NCBI GenBank assembly: GCA_024704765.1
Contig: JAKMXF010000111.1
Span: forward strand, 429,076-448,436
DNA: 19,361 bases
Direction of reading: 5' to 3'
Source of the DNA: Oopsacas minuta
Taxonomy: Eukaryota; Animalia; Porifera
Shown piece after piece: positions 18,305 through 19,361 of this stretch. The translations under genes were made by a program, and so were the position numbers. Below the pieces are notes generated by a model. It had not been told where the DNA came from. It did not search any database and was given only the letters and a program-made list of their open reading frames with translations. Within the stretch, counting starts at the first letter, position 1. Each line of letters starts with the position of its first letter.

Positions 18305-19361
18305 GTCCTAGAGACGATGAGACAGTTACGAGACAAATACGGTCCCGAATTGGAACAGAGGGAGCTACAGGTGTTGGACAGCTTCCTATCTGACCCAGAT
18401 ATCATTCCCGCTTATAAGATATGTAAAAGAATGAACAGAGCAAGAGAATCCCTAAACGATCAGAAGACCCTTTCTCGAAAATCACCAACAGTGCTCACCT
18501 CCTCGGGGACTGTATCAAAGACTTGAGGAACAAATTTGGTTCAGACCCTGATCGAACCGAGCTAATATATCTCCTCTCATCTCTCAATCTAACTCATACT
18601 CTTGTGTCACACGATAGAATTGCTACTATTGATTTCTTCACACCTTTCCCGTCTCCTTTATATCCACATAGCGGGCTAACTCCTCTTCACTCTCCTGGCA
18701 AATTATCCCCGAATATTTCCAGAAGTGTCTCAAGTTCAGGTTTGTTAGAAGGAACAAATTCTAGAGAATTCCGAATCGACAGTGCGGCTAGATCAGGGTC
18801 TGTAGCCTCTGCCCTGCAACTTATTGACCTGCACACACGGGAGAATTCTCGCAGCTCCTCTGTGTACCAACGACCCATAAGTAGGACAGTTTATGGGGGC
18901 AAGGGTATCAATGCGTGTATCGTATTGGTCCGTAAATCCCATAAACAGATGGGTTGTACTGTTAATAAGGTCGGAGACTCTATAATTGTGACAGGGACAC
19001 TGAAACACTCAGATGCTGAGAAATGTGGCCGGCTACATCCGGGAGATGAGATCCTTGAGGTGAATGGGAAGACAGTTAGGGGGCGATCTTCTGAACATGT
19101 GATGAACTTCATTTTATCGCAGACTGGTCCAATGATTGTGTTCTTAATTGTTCCTTGTTTGGGGGCTGACAAAAAGGAGATATTTATCCGTCCATTTTAT
19201 GATTTTTCAGCTCAGCAAGTACCGGATTGTTCCTTTATTGATGTCTTGTTACCCTTTAATAAGGGAGAGATTTTAAGATTATTGTCCTGTCACGATGATG
19301 AATGGTGGGAAGCCAAACAGCTGGCCGATGCCCCCGAAGCAGTCCCAGGCCTCATTCCTGC
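18305..19361 (+). CDS. Partial p55-subfamily MAGUK (MPP/PALS1/Stardust-like): L27-L27-PDZ-SH3, 3' end beyond the window, one apparent frameshift
   Basis: Splice acceptor TTTTATTCTTTTCAG|G at 18304/18305, phase 0. The first frame gives VLETMRQL..LDSFLSDPDIIPAYKI (L27-like). A second frame, open from 18427 to the window end, gives ELIYLLSSLNLTHTLVSHDRIA (L27), QMGCTV..GRLHPGDEILEVNG..IVFLIVP (PDZ) and IRPFYDF..FNKGEILRLL..DDEWWEA..PGLIP (SH3). Confidence 0.85.

Noticed and set aside
18460-18490. Programmed -1 ribosomal frameshift in the MAGUK
   Set aside because: There is no X XXY YYZ slippery heptamer in the correct reading frame.

Overview
This is AT-rich eukaryotic (animal-type) genomic DNA, dense in DNA transposons, with two assembly gaps (12748-12947 and 18134-18225). 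Host genes, left to right: an intact single-exon thioredoxin (WCGPC); a multiply disrupted Golgi carbohydrate sulfotransferase (Sulfotransfer_2/CHST8-14-like) pseudogene; three tandem single-ORF paralogues (A, B, C) encoding an N-terminal coiled coil plus a six-bladed NHL-type beta-propeller with no RING or B-box; and a large exon of a p55-subfamily MAGUK (L27-L27-PDZ-SH3) that runs off the window end and is mostly missing from the ORF track. Mobile DNA includes a 1.9 kb foldback element with 400 bp TIRs, three hAT MITE families with 8 bp TSDs, an internally deleted THAP/P-superfamily element with a 7 bp TSD, a DD37D (maT)-like Tc1/mariner remnant and a truncated Harbinger-like MITE. The most interesting signal is the NHL array. 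Amino-acid changes cluster on the predicted ligand-binding face of the propeller while a 59-aa linker is invariant, the copies have mosaic ancestry, and two different transposons hit the same upstream window in different copies. The long exons and this type of NHL expansion remind me of sponge (possibly glass sponge) genomes, but that is an unverified impression. All alignments and counts were done by eye.
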